64,000 bases of DNA from Acidobacteriota bacterium. Its GTDB lineage: Bacteria; Acidobacteriota; UBA890; WLXD01. Made by a program: the position numbers and the translations under genes. Positions 52,106 through 62,173 of this stretch are shown piece after piece (position 1 is the first letter of the stretch; each line of letters opens with the position of its first letter). The stretch covers positions 608,001-672,000 of the forward strand of contig CAXWPL010000005.1 of NCBI GenBank assembly GCA_963666215.2. The letters are read 5' to 3'. The notes under the pieces are model-generated. The model saw nothing but the letters and a program-made list of their open reading frames with translations. It was not told where the DNA came from and did not search any database.

Positions 52106-54439
52106 ATGACTACGCACGCCAAGAGTCCGGGAATTCCGGACCGAGCTCAGGTTCTGATGGCACGCTGGACGCTGCTGGTCGCCGCCGCCTACCTGGTGAT
52201 CTACGGCACCGTCGAGCCGATACCGGTCATGCATCAGCTGGCCGCGCTCGTGGCGCTGCTGTGCAGTCTTCTGGCCGGAACTCTGACCCTGTCGCGACCC
52301 ACAAGTCGCGCCCTGCGCGTGGTCGCCCCCGTCGCCGACATCGCCGCCGTTTCTGTAGCGATCGCCGTGGTGGGTGGCTCGATCGACGAGTTTCTGCTGT
52401 TCTTCTTCATTGTCGTCATGCTCGCCGGGATCAGCCAGCGACTCTGGCTGGCGACACTCGGTACAGCGCTGGTATGCGGCGTTTACGGGGGCCTCCTCTA
52501 TGCCCAAGGGGGACCGGAGTTCTGGCACGACACCCACACCATGATCCGGATCCCGTTTCTGTTCGCCGTCGGGATGTTCTTTGGAGCCGTCACCGACATC
52601 TCGCGAAACGAGACCGATCGAATCGTCGAGCTCTCGGACGCAACTCGCAAGATGGTGCATCGCTACCATCAGGTCGCCTCGGAGCGCGACCGCACCCAGG
52701 CACTGCTCGACATCGGTCAAATGGCCCTTTCGGCGGTGGACCCCGACGACGTGCTCGACAAGATCACTCGCAAGGTCCGCCAGACCGTCCGCGTGGCGCG
52801 GTGCTCGATGATCCTGTTCAACAACGGAGAGCGCCACGCGTACCTCGCCGCCTGCTCCGATCAGAAGGACACCGACGTGGTCCTCCTTCTGTCTCTGAAT
52901 CACTACCCCGAGCTCGAGCAAACTCTGGCGTCGGGAGAGATTACGGAGCTCTACCCGAACAAGCCGACCGACCTGTGGCAGAAGGTCGAAGGACATCTGC
53001 CCTCGGGACAATTCAACAGCCGCATGGTCATTCCGATACTTGAGGGCAACACGGTCGCCGGGGCGTTCTTCCTCCGCGACTCTCGGGAGAACTTCGCCTT
53101 CCACGACGACGAGAAGGTCTTCTGCCGCGCCGCCGCCCTGATGACCGCGACGTACCTGCAGGGACGCCATCTGGTCGAGGAGATGCGTCGTCGCACGCGA
53201 CTCGACGGTCTTACCGGCCTGCTCAACTACCAGAGTTTCCGTGAAGAGCTCGAGGCCGAGCTCGACGAGCGACGACGCGGCGACAACTCCAAGCCGTTGT
53301 CACTGGTGATGGTTGACGTCGACAATCTCAAGGTCATCAACGACCGCTACGGTCATAACGTTGGCAACAAGGTCATCGTCGAGGTGGGCAAGCGCCTGAA
53401 GCGAGCGGTGCCGATGGCGTCTTCGCTGTGCCGCTACGGTGGCGACGAGTTTTTCGCCGTCGTGCCACGCGACAAGGTCGAGACGATTGTCCGCATGGAA
53501 CGCATGCCCATCGAGCTCGAACACCTCACCGAAGCTGACGTTCCCTGCAAGGTGCAGGTGTCGATCGGCGTGGCGGGCTGGCCCGAGGACGGAGACCAAC
53601 CCGACACCCTGTCGGATGCCGCTGATCGCGCCATGTATATGGCCAAGAGCGAGGGTGGCAACTGTGCACACCCGGCCGGCGCGCTCGGAGAAGACGAGGG
53701 CAAGATCTTCGAGGCGGTCATCGCCGTGAACGCGCGGCGGCTGATCCCCGGCGAGACGAAAGCCTTCCGCCAGGTACTCAACGAACTGCTTCGCATGGAA
53801 GAACAGCAGCTTGACAGCGAGAATGTGCAGCAGTCGCTCGAGGCTCTCATGGAAGCGGTGGAGTCGAAGGACCGCTACACCAACACGCATTCGCACGAAG
53901 TCTCCGACCTTACGCGCGAAGTCGCCACGGCGATGGGAATGAGCGATCGCGAGTTGCTCGCGGTGGAGATGGCCGGCCTGGTTCACGACATCGGCAAGAT
54001 CGGTATCCCCGACGAAGTGCTGCAGAAGCCGGGAGCCCTCGATACCCGCGAGCGCATGCTCATCGAGCAACACCCCGAGATCGGAGCACAAATCCTGAAG
54101 CCACTGCCGGCGCTCAAGGACGTTGTGCCCCTCGTGCTACACCACCACGAGCGCTGGGACGGTGGGGGCTATCCGCACGGCCTCAAGGGCGACGAAATCC
54201 CGCTGGGGGCGCAGATCGTAGCCTTGTGCGACGTTTACCACGCTCTGACCTCCGATCGGTCGTATCGACCAGCGTTCAGCGAAGAAAAATCACGCGCGAT
54301 CATCAGAGACGGGATCGGCAGCGAATGGAACCCAGAGCTGATCGAGACCTTCTTCGCGGTCATCGACAGGCTGCAGGCCTCGAGCCCCGGTGCCGCCGCG
54401 CGCGCGCAACCCGCGCAGCCGCTGGCGCGCACCGCCTAG
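52106..54439 (+). CDS. Membrane-bound GAF-GGDEF-HD-GYP protein (paralog 2)
   Basis: About 6 TMs; GAF; DGLTGL, DVDNLK, RYGGDEF; HDIGK, HPEIG, HHERWDGGGYP. Confidence 0.92.
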   Translation: MTTHAKSPGIPDRAQVLMARWTLLVAAAYLVIYGTVEPIPVMHQLAALVALLCSLLAGTLTLSRPTSRALRVVAPVADIAAVSVAIAVVGGSIDEFLLFFFIVVMLAGISQRLWLATLGTALVCGVYGGLLYAQGGPEFWHDTHTMIRIPFLFAVGMFFGAVTDISRNETDRIVELSDATRKMVHRYHQVASERDRTQALLDIGQMALSAVDPDDVLDKITRKVRQTVRVARCSMILFNNGERHAYLAACSDQKDTDVVLLLSLNHYPELEQTLASGEITELYPNKPTDLWQKVEGHLPSGQFNSRMVIPILEGNTVAGAFFLRDSRENFAFHDDEKVFCRAAALMTATYLQGRHLVEEMRRRTRLDGLTGLLNYQSFREELEAELDERRRGDNSKPLSLVMVDVDNLKVINDRYGHNVGNKVIVEVGKRLKRAVPMASSLCRYGGDEFFAVVPRDKVETIVRMERMPIELEHLTEADVPCKVQVSIGVAGWPEDGDQPDTLSDAADRAMYMAKSEGGNCAHPAGALGEDEGKIFEAVIAVNARRLIPGETKAFRQVLNELLRMEEQQLDSENVQQSLEALMEAVESKDRYTNTHSHEVSDLTREVATAMGMSDRELLAVEMAGLVHDIGKIGIPDEVLQKPGALDTRERMLIEQHPEIGAQILKPLPALKDVVPLVLHHHERWDGGGYPHGLKGDEIPLGAQIVALCDVYHALTSDRSYRPAFSEEKSRAIIRDGIGSEWNPELIETFFAVIDRLQASSPGAAARAQPAQPLARTA

Positions 54440-54467
54440 CAGACCACCGAGCTCTCAGACCCAATTG

Positions 54468-55541
54468 TCAGCTCGCCCCGCCCTCGGCCAGCTGCAGCGC
54501 CGCGCGCACGCGGGAGCTCATCACCACCTCTTCTCCAGGCTCGAAGCCGAAGTGTCGCCACACCAAACGACCACGGTCGTCGATGAGATACGTCGTCGGG
54601 GTGCCCATGACGCCATATCGCAGCGAGGCGACCTCTTGGGCAACGTCGAAGGCGGCCGGCACGTCGAAGCCGTTGTCCAAGTAGAAGGCTCGAGTGCCTT
54701 GCAGGTCGTTCGAGACGTCGATGGCGATGACCGACAGGCCGGCGGCAGCGTACTCGCGATGTAGGGAGTCGAGGTGAGGAAACTCCTCACGACAAGCGGC
54801 TCATGTTGGCGACCAGAAGTTCAGCAGCGTGACGCCCTCGCCGGGAACCAACGCGACAGTTTCTACCTGCAAGCCCGGAAGCTCGAACTCGGGTGCTGCC
54901 ACGAGGAACTTGTCGAGCTGCTGACGTCGCCACGACTCACCGCCTTCCACGCCCGCGGTTGGCGAAGTCGGCTCAGCTTGTTCCACGTAGGCCCATCGCA
55001 AGGCCTCCTGCAGCTGCGGCGAGCTGTCGACCACCGAAGCACGCACCAGCCACTCGGCGCCCGCGACATGATTTCCCGACAGCCAGTTCGCGAGGCCGAG
55101 CTGGTAGGGCAACGCGGCGTTCATGGGCAACCCGATGACGTCGGTGGGCAGAAGGCTGATTGCCCGCTGCAGCGCCGCCGCTGCAGCCACATGGTCGCCC
55201 AGCGCCAGGCGCGCCTCTCCCGCGAGCCGATGGAGCTCGGCACTACCGGCGGTCTCGGGGTATTCCAAGAACAGCGCCTCTACCAGCCGCAGGCGCTCGG
55301 CACCGGAGCTCGCCAGGATCGCACGCATGCGCGCTTGCGCCACGTCGGCGGTCAGCCGACCGGCGGCGCCACCGCCACTCTCGGCATCGAGCCGCCCCTC
55401 GGTATCGCGAAACTCGGTCGAGCGTGTGTCTTGATCGGGTAACTCGACCTCCTGCGGGCGAAGCAAATCGGCGTTCTGGCAGCCAGCGAGCACCACGGCG
55501 AGCGCCAGTGTCGGCAGGCAACGATGGATACGGATTCGCAT
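54468..55541 (-). CDS. Lipoprotein TlpA/redoxin-family selenoprotein (UxxC), 357 aa
   Basis: Lipobox LAGC; TPR-like helices; LLNFWSPT-TGA-AACREEFPHL continues in frame to YGVMGTPTTYLIDDRG; TGA at 54803-54801. Confidence 0.88.
54768..54793 (-). promoter_or_regulatory. Bacterial SECIS element
   Basis: Minus strand GTGAGGA-GTT-TCCTCAC with outer GTC/GAC pairing; G-first apical loop 17 nt after the UGA. Confidence 0.75.
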
Positions 55542-55740
55542 TTCTCACCGCAGAAGGTCGTTGGGCGCGACCAGGAACTCCGTCATGCTACCGTGGCCGG
55601 CGTTCGAGGCGAGTCGATGTCGACAATCGAGAAAGCGCCGATCGCGTTCTCGGTGCGCATGTTGCGCTCGACGCGAGCGAACGCTGCCAGCCTCCACCCA
55701 CCCGGTTGCCGATCGTAGGTTCGCCCACGACGCAGTGTCA

Positions 55741-56283
55741 ATGCGACCAACCTCAACGCAGCCGAGCAGATCACAGCAGCTGGACCTGTTCGGCCCGCGC
55801 CCCGGCCAGCTCCGCCCGACGGCGCCCCTGCGAAAGCACCCTCGTCACCCGGGCCTTCTGCGCCGCGTCGAGACCTGCCTGGCACTGTTTCCCGAGCTCG
55901 ACGATACGACCATCACCGTGGGCATCACGCGCGCGGCCGACGGGCTCGCGATCTTCGAGACCTTCACCGTGCGGTTCGACCTGCGCCGCCGGCTCCCCAC
56001 GCACTACGTGGTAGCCCACGAGCTCACGCACCTGCTGCAGGCGCTGTCATTGATCCCGGGAGGAGAAGTGCAGTGCGACATCTGGACGCTGGCGCGCCAC
56101 CCGCTCTTTCTCGATGAAGTGCCGTGCTATCTGCCCCTCCCCAAGAAGCTGCACGCCAACTGGCCGCGGCACGCGCAGAACGTGGCCCACTGGTGTCGGC
56201 AGGCCATCGAAGTTCGACCGTCGCACCGCACCTACATCCGCTGGCTCGGCGCCCGCCTCAACGAGCTCGCCGCCGGCGTCTGA
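55741..56283 (+). CDS. Small HExxH zincin-like metalloprotein
   Basis: VVAHELTHLLQ followed by GEVQCD; start MRPTSTQ uncertain. Confidence 0.7.
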   Translation: MRPTSTQPSRSQQLDLFGPRPGQLRPTAPLRKHPRHPGLLRRVETCLALFPELDDTTITVGITRAADGLAIFETFTVRFDLRRRLPTHYVVAHELTHLLQALSLIPGGEVQCDIWTLARHPLFLDEVPCYLPLPKKLHANWPRHAQNVAHWCRQAIEVRPSHRTYIRWLGARLNELAAGV

Positions 56284-56389
56284 GCCGCGAGTCTCAGCGC
56301 TCGCGATGTTGGGAAGATGATTTTTCCCGGTCTGGACGCGGAGAGCTCGAGAGACATGAACTGGGGAGGGACGGGCCGGAGGGGCGAGC

Positions 56390-56424
56390 GGGGCGACACC
56401 TCCCCTAGGAGCAGGTGTCGCCCC
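56390..56424. terminator. GC-rich stem-loop between convergent genes
   Basis: GGGGCGACACCT-CCCCTAGGAGC-AGGTGTCGCCCC; no U tract. Confidence 0.5.
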
Positions 56425-56497
56425 CGCGCCCCACCCTCGACGCTCAATCACAAGCGAACAGCAACTGATTGATGCGCCTCGCGTCGGATCGAGGTCG

Positions 56498-57637
56498 CTA
56501 GCAACCGGCCGGAAACACCAGAGGCTCAGGCGCTCGAAGACGGATGCGCACCGGCGTCCCCACGGGCAACCCCGCCGACCCGGATAGCCGAACACATACG
56601 AGCGTGCCGTCGTCCATCTTCACGTCCTCAACGATGTCGTGCCCATAGAAGCGCTGCCGCACCACCCTGCCGCGAGCGCCGCGATCGGCCTCCGTGGCCC
56701 AGAACATCAGCAGATCTTCCGGGCGTACGAGCACAAGGCCGTCGAAAGGCTCGCGCGAGCTCCCGGCCGGGTAGTCGAGCTCGCCGAGCGCACAGGTCAG
56801 GAGTCGTCCCTCGACGCGGCAAGGCAGAAGCTGGCCGGCGCGAATAATACGAGCGACCTCGGCGCTGGCCGGACGCCGGTACAGCTCGCCTGGAGTGCCC
56901 GCCTGCAAGATGCGACCGTCGCTCATCACCACGACACGATCGGCGAAGCTGAACGCCACCTCGTGGTCGTGGGTCACCAGGATCGCGGTTGTACCGCTGC
57001 GATCGAGAACACCGCGCACGTCGTCACGCACCTGCTCGCGAAGCGCCGGATCGAGGCTGGCGAACGGCTCGTCGAGCAGCACGATTGCGGGCTCCGCCGC
57101 GAGCGCTCGGGCCAACGCGATGCGTTGCTGTTCGCCACCCGACAGCTCGTCGGGATAACGATCGCGATAGGCGCGAAGGCCGACGAGCCCCAAAATCTCG
57201 TCGATGCGGCCTTCGCGCTCATTACCCCGACCGACACCGTAGCCGACGTTGCCGGCGACCGTCATTGTGGGGAACAAGGCGTTCTCTTGAAAGACCATAC
57301 CCACGCGCCTCGACTCGGGAGGCACGGACACGCCCGGCCCGGCCACGGTACGACCGGCGATGACGATCGAGCCGGCCGACGGCGCCTCGAAGCCCGCAAC
57401 GGCACGCAGCAGGCTTGTCTTGCCGCAGCCGCTCGGGCCGACGAGCGCGGTCACCTGCCCGTCGGGAACGTCCAGGTCGACGCCCCGCACCGCTACCGTG
57501 GCGCCAAAGCGGACCTCGAGACCGCGGACACGGAGATCTCGGTCCGCCGTCTCGGCCGGCTCTTCGGCCTGGCGCGAGTCGATCGAAACGGGGTCCTCAA
57601 CTCGGCCCCGGTCGGCATCAGCCCTTGGGGTTGTCAC
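56498..57637 (-). CDS. fbpC: Fe3+ ABC transporter ATP-binding protein
   Basis: GPSGCGKT, VFQENALFP, LSGGEQQR, LLDEPF, VTHD; TOBE-like C-terminus; GTGA-coupled start. Confidence 0.9.
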   Translation of the reverse strand: MTTPRADADRGRVEDPVSIDSRQAEEPAETADRDLRVRGLEVRFGATVAVRGVDLDVPDGQVTALVGPSGCGKTSLLRAVAGFEAPSAGSIVIAGRTVAGPGVSVPPESRRVGMVFQENALFPTMTVAGNVGYGVGRGNEREGRIDEILGLVGLRAYRDRYPDELSGGEQQRIALARALAAEPAIVLLDEPFASLDPALREQVRDDVRGVLDRSGTTAILVTHDHEVAFSFADRVVVMSDGRILQAGTPGELYRRPASAEVARIIRAGQLLPCRVEGRLLTCALGELDYPAGSSREPFDGLVLVRPEDLLMFWATEADRGARGRVVRQRFYGHDIVEDVKMDDGTLVCVRLSGSAGLPVGTPVRIRLRAPEPLVFPAGC

Positions 57638-59214
57638 ACGCGATCCGCAAGGGCTGGGCGGATCACCAGACCGTAGATGGGTAGCACCGAGGCCGCCACC
57701 AGCAGCAGGGCGGGCACGGACGCCTGCGCGTAGAAGCCCTCGGCCGCGTTGCCCCAGATCTCTGTCGCCAGGGTGTCGTAGCCAGTTGGCCGTAGAATCA
57801 ACGTCGCCGGTAGCTCCTTCATGATGGTCAGGAACACCAGCCCGGCGCCCGCAACGAGCCCCGGCCGAATCATGGGCAAGGTCACCGTACGAAGTACCTC
57901 GGCAGGCCGCCGGCCCAGGCCACGAGCCGCTTCCTCGAAGCGCGGCGAAACCGCCGCCAGCGCCGTCTGGCAGGCCGCAATGGCCTGTGGCAAGAAACGG
58001 ATGACATAGGCAGCGACGAGCAGTGGCAACGTCTGGTATACGAAAGGCACCGCGCGAATCGACACAAAGACGATCGCCAACGCCACCACGATCCCCGGAA
58101 GCGCGTAACCGGAATGCGTCAGGGTGCCGACGGCGGTCGCCCAGCGGCTCGGCTGGCGAACGACCCAGATGGAGACAGGCAGGGCCAATAGCACGGTCGA
58201 CGCGGCGCCCACCACCGACACCGACAGCGAGTTGCGCAACGGCGCCCACACCGACTCTGCCTCCACTCCGGCGATCAACCCGCGCACCCCCCAGCCTCCC
58301 ACAACGAGCACCGGCACTCCAAGCGTGACGGCAACCAGCAGCGCCATGCCAACAAGGCAGGGCCAGCGCCAGCGCCCCAGCTCCACCGTGCTAGCTCGCC
58401 GCTGCGGGTACGGCGGCAGCGGCCGTGATTGGCGACGAAACCAGCTCTCGCAGCCGACGATAGCGAGTGTCAGAACCACAAGAACGCAGCCGAGAGCCGC
58501 GGCGACCGATCGATCGAAGAGCGCGCGGTAGGCCGTGTAGATCGACAGCGTGAAGGTTGGGTATCTGACAATCGAAACGGCACCGAAATCGGAGAGCGTG
58601 TAGAGAGCAACGAGCAGTCCCCCAGCCGAGATCGCCGGAGCCAGTGAGGGCAGCACAACGCGGAAGAAAGTCGACCAGCGGCCGGATCCCAGGCTGCGGG
58701 CCGTTTCCTCGAGAGCTGGATCAATTCGCCTCAGGCGAGCCAGCGTGAGCAGGTACAGATAGGGGTAGTTGAAGAGCGTCAACGCCGCGAGCGCCCCGCC
58801 GTATCCGTAGACCATCGCCGGCAGGCGATCCACGCCGAACGGCTCGAGCCAACCCTGGAGCCCGCCGCGCGGCCCGAAGGCGACCACCAGCGAAAACGCC
58901 GCCACGTACGACGGAACCACCAGCGGTAGCGCCGCCAGAAGCGCCCAAAGCCGCCGGCCCGGAAGGTCGGTGCGCGCTACCAGCCATGCGGCGGGCACCG
59001 CGATGAGCACCGATGCAACCACCACACCTACGACCAGTGCCAGCGTCCGCCACAGAAGGGCCCCGAGCGACGACGACAACAGGACCGCGACAAACGCTTT
59101 GGGGCCGGAGTCGAAGCCGCGCAAGATCAGGTAAAGCAACGGCACGTTCGCGGCCGCGGCCACGCACACTGCAATAACCCGCAGCCAGCGCGGCAAGCCG
59201 CCAATGGCACGCAC
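57634..59214 (-). CDS. fbpB: Fe3+ ABC transporter permease
   Basis: Two EAA loops (LEETARSLG, FEEAARGLG); SDFGAV, KELPATLIL. Confidence 0.92.
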   Translation of the reverse strand: MRAIGGLPRWLRVIAVCVAAAANVPLLYLILRGFDSGPKAFVAVLLSSSLGALLWRTLALVVGVVVASVLIAVPAAWLVARTDLPGRRLWALLAALPLVVPSYVAAFSLVVAFGPRGGLQGWLEPFGVDRLPAMVYGYGGALAALTLFNYPYLYLLTLARLRRIDPALEETARSLGSGRWSTFFRVVLPSLAPAISAGGLLVALYTLSDFGAVSIVRYPTFTLSIYTAYRALFDRSVAAALGCVLVVLTLAIVGCESWFRRQSRPLPPYPQRRASTVELGRWRWPCLVGMALLVAVTLGVPVLVVGGWGVRGLIAGVEAESVWAPLRNSLSVSVVGAASTVLLALPVSIWVVRQPSRWATAVGTLTHSGYALPGIVVALAIVFVSIRAVPFVYQTLPLLVAAYVIRFLPQAIAACQTALAAVSPRFEEAARGLGRRPAEVLRTVTLPMIRPGLVAGAGLVFLTIMKELPATLILRPTGYDTLATEIWGNAAEGFYAQASVPALLLVAASVLPIYGLVIRPALADRV

Positions 59215-59251
59215 CCTCAGCGGCCTGCGCCAACGGTCATCGCGTCACCGC

Positions 59252-60310
59252 TCAGGGAACGAGTCCGCTCTCGCGGATGAGCCGGAGCGCATCTGCGAGC
59301 GCCGCGCCCACCTGCTGGAAGTTGATGTCGGGTGTCCGCAGCTCGGCCATCGGCTGCAGCCCCGGGCTCGGGTTGATACCCGCGGCGAGTGGGTATTCGA
59401 ACGTCTCGCTGGCGAAGTATTCCTGACCCTCGCGCCCAAGCAGATACTCCACGAGCGCCATCGCCTCTGTGGAGTCGCGGACGACGGCCACCCCGGCGAC
59501 GTTGACGAACGAGGAGGCGTCGCCCAGTGGCATGAAGAAGTTGGCCGCCGGCGCATCGGGCTGCTGAACCATGGCCTGCCATAGGTAGTAATGATTGGTC
59601 AGTCCCCAGTCGATCTCGCCGGCGATCGTTGCGCGCACAATCGCGCTGTTGCCGTCATAGGTAGCCGGTTCGTTCGCCACGATGCCGGCGAGCAACTCGG
59701 CGAGAGCGTCCATTCCGTTGGCCACGCCGTACACGGCCATGTGCGCCTGAAACGACGCGTTGGTGGGAGCCAGCCCGAAGAGCCCCCGATAATGTGGGTC
59801 GGTCACATCCTCGAGCCGCTGCGGCAGATCGTCAGGCGTGACTCGCTCGGTGTTGTAGACCACCACACGCGGCCGGCCCGACAGGCCCAACCAGCGACCG
59901 TCGGGGGCGCGGAAGCGCGACTCCACGGTCTGCAGGAGAGCATCGGGTAGCGTCACGGCCAGGCCTGCCTCGGCCAGCGCCCCCAACGCGCCGCCGTCCT
60001 GTCCAATGAAGACGTCCGCCGGACTCGCCTCGCCCTCTTCCATCAAGGTGGCCGCCATCTCGGCGGTGCCACCGTAGCGTACCTGCGTCGGGATGCCGGT
60101 CGCTTCGGTAAAACGAGCGACGATGGGGCCGATCAACCGCTCGGCGCGGCCCGAGTAGATCGTCAAGGAGCGCGGCGACTCGACACTCGGCTCCTCGGAA
60201 CCGGTTCCGCAGGCGACGGCACCGATCAGCATCGAAGCCGTGATCAAAACGCGCGCGCGGCGTGAGCTCGTGGACAGGCGCACCCCTTCCTGGGGCCGCG
60301 AATTCAGCAT
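59252..60310 (-). CDS. fbpA: Fe3+ ABC transporter substrate-binding lipoprotein (FbpA/FutA-like)
   Basis: Lipobox AVAC; LTIYSGR, SPADVF, GLTNHYY, TFEYPL. Confidence 0.92.
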   Translation of the reverse strand: MLNSRPQEGVRLSTSSRRARVLITASMLIGAVACGTGSEEPSVESPRSLTIYSGRAERLIGPIVARFTEATGIPTQVRYGGTAEMAATLMEEGEASPADVFIGQDGGALGALAEAGLAVTLPDALLQTVESRFRAPDGRWLGLSGRPRVVVYNTERVTPDDLPQRLEDVTDPHYRGLFGLAPTNASFQAHMAVYGVANGMDALAELLAGIVANEPATYDGNSAIVRATIAGEIDWGLTNHYYLWQAMVQQPDAPAANFFMPLGDASSFVNVAGVAVVRDSTEAMALVEYLLGREGQEYFASETFEYPLAAGINPSPGLQPMAELRTPDINFQQVGAALADALRLIRESGLVP

Positions 60311-60574
60311 GACGTCGGTCTCTCCGTGTGGCTGTGCTGAGCGGCTGGGTCCTCTAGTGAGAGAGCCGGACGCCGAGAAGAATCGTACGGGTGAGATCCT
60401 GGCCTCGCCGCGGCCGGTCGACGGGCGGCGATACGGCTGGTGTTGGGCAGGTTACGCACGGTGGAATGCAGCGCGGCGCTACCGCTGAGCTTTGCGACAA
60501 GAACGCCATCCTTCATGAGTGTGATCCTAGACGAGCGCTCTACGCCCGAGCGACGCTTCGTCATGACCATGGTC

Positions 60575-61189
60575 TCAGTCACTGACGTGGACCTCGATCA
60601 CACGCTGCCGCGCTCGCTGTGCCTCGGACGTTCCGGCGCACGCGTCGCAGTAGCCGTACAACTGCACACTCTGACGCGCCAGCCAAAAGCGGTGCTCACG
60701 GACGTTGCGCTGCAGCAACTCGGCCAGGTCGGGATCGAACCACTCGGTCACGCCACCGCAATGCAGGCAGATCATGTGTTCGTGCTGCCGCCGAGCGAGG
60801 ACGCGTTCGTAGTAGTACTGCTCGGTTCCGAGCCGCACACGCCGCGCCAGGCCCGCCTGCACGATGAGCTCGAGCGTGCGGTAGATCGTTGCCCGAGAAA
60901 CGCGCGAGCCTGCCTGCCGCAACCGTAGTAACAGCTCCTCCACCTCGATGTGGGAACGCACGCGGTAAAACTCGGCGAGAATCGCCTGCCGCTCGACAGT
61001 TAGCTTGAGACCGTTGTCCCGCAAGAAGGTCGCGAACCGCGACCCCGCCAAACGTCGCTGCTCGGCCGGCCCCGGGCCCTCCGAGGTCGACCGAGAACGT
61101 TCGGCGCGTCCGCTACTTTCAGCCACCACGTTTCTTCTCGGCGTAGAGGTCGAAGCTATCGGCTCGTATGAGCGCTGGGTCTGTGCCAA
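60575..61189 (-). CDS. fur: Fur-family transcriptional regulator
   Basis: LKLTVER, VSRATIYRTL, HEHMICLHCG, YGYCDAC; the true start may be downstream (~61130). Confidence 0.9.
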   Translation of the reverse strand: MAQTQRSYEPIASTSTPRRNVVAESSGRAERSRSTSEGPGPAEQRRLAGSRFATFLRDNGLKLTVERQAILAEFYRVRSHIEVEELLLRLRQAGSRVSRATIYRTLELIVQAGLARRVRLGTEQYYYERVLARRQHEHMICLHCGGVTEWFDPDLAELLQRNVREHRFWLARQSVQLYGYCDACAGTSEAQRARQRVIEVHVSD

Positions 61190-61202
61190 CGACTATCGCT
61201 AT

Positions 61203-61217
61203 TGAGACTCAGTCTCA
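61203..61217. promoter_or_regulatory. Fur-box-like perfect 7-1-7 inverted repeat
   Basis: TGAGACT-C-AGTCTCA directly upstream of fur. Confidence 0.6.
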
Positions 61218-61270
61218 GCGCGGGCGCAAGCGTACGCCTCGACGTAACTCTCTGCAAGCTTCCACGAGTC

Positions 61271-62173
61271 CTAGAGCAGGCCCTGGGTACGCAGCTCGGC
61301 GTAGACATGAAACGCCACCAGGCCGCGGTAGTTGCCCCATGGCTCGGCAAAGCGCTCGGCCGTCGCCAAATCGACCTCTTTCTTGTGGTCGTAGCTTCGA
61401 CGAATCCAACCTCGGACGGCCGGATCGGCTGAAGGGAACGCATCCAGGCGTCCGTAGCCAATGAGCGCGGTGAGTTGCCCGCCGAGCAACCCGACTCCCG
61501 GCAACGTGGAAAGGCGTTCCACGATCACCGACGTGGGCGCGCGCGCGAGCCGCACGAGCTCCACGCGGCCCGCCATCGCCGCCTGTGCCAGCGACTGAAG
61601 GTTGGTGGCCTGCTCCAGCGTGACATCGCCGTGCACGAGCTCCTCAGGGGCGGCACGCGCCAGGGCGCGTGCACCGGGGAACGAATAGAACGTGTCACCG
61701 GCGTAGGCCACCTTGTAGCCGACGGCTAGGGCGAGCTCCGAGAGGCTGGTGCTGAACGCGTGCCGTTCGCTGCCGCGGCACACCGACATCACCAGAGCTT
61801 CGAACGGGTGCATCCGCTGCGACGGCTTGAGGCCGTAGTAGTCGGACGACATTCCGTACACTTCCTGGTCGCCACGGCAAAGCGCGTAGAACGGACGCAG
61901 GTCGTACGACAAGCCCAGCATGCGTGTCAGCAACGAAACAACCCCGGGCTCGTCACGCTCCGTTCCGTTCATCAGCGTGACGATGAGCTCCGGGCGCTTG
62001 TCGGTGCCGAGGCTGCTGACGAGCGCCAGGCGCATGCGTCCGCTGATTTCGAGAAGCCGGGTGTAGCGCTTGCCGTCGAAGACGTCGACCAGCTCGCCGG
62101 GCCGCGGCGACAAGAAGCTCGCTGTTGCCTCGAAGTTGAAGGGCGGCGGGGGGCGGAGTCGGAACTCATGCAC
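61271..62173 (-). CDS. alkA: DNA-3-methyladenine glycosylase II (AlkA/HhH-GPD family)
   Basis: PPFNF, PFEALV, SFPGA, LPGVG (HhH), DAFPSAD, PWGNYRG. Confidence 0.82.
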   Translation of the reverse strand: MHEFRLRPPPPFNFEATASFLSPRPGELVDVFDGKRYTRLLEISGRMRLALVSSLGTDKRPELIVTLMNGTERDEPGVVSLLTRMLGLSYDLRPFYALCRGDQEVYGMSSDYYGLKPSQRMHPFEALVMSVCRGSERHAFSTSLSELALAVGYKVAYAGDTFYSFPGARALARAAPEELVHGDVTLEQATNLQSLAQAAMAGRVELVRLARAPTSVIVERLSTLPGVGLLGGQLTALIGYGRLDAFPSADPAVRGWIRRSYDHKKEVDLATAERFAEPWGNYRGLVAFHVYAELRTQGLL

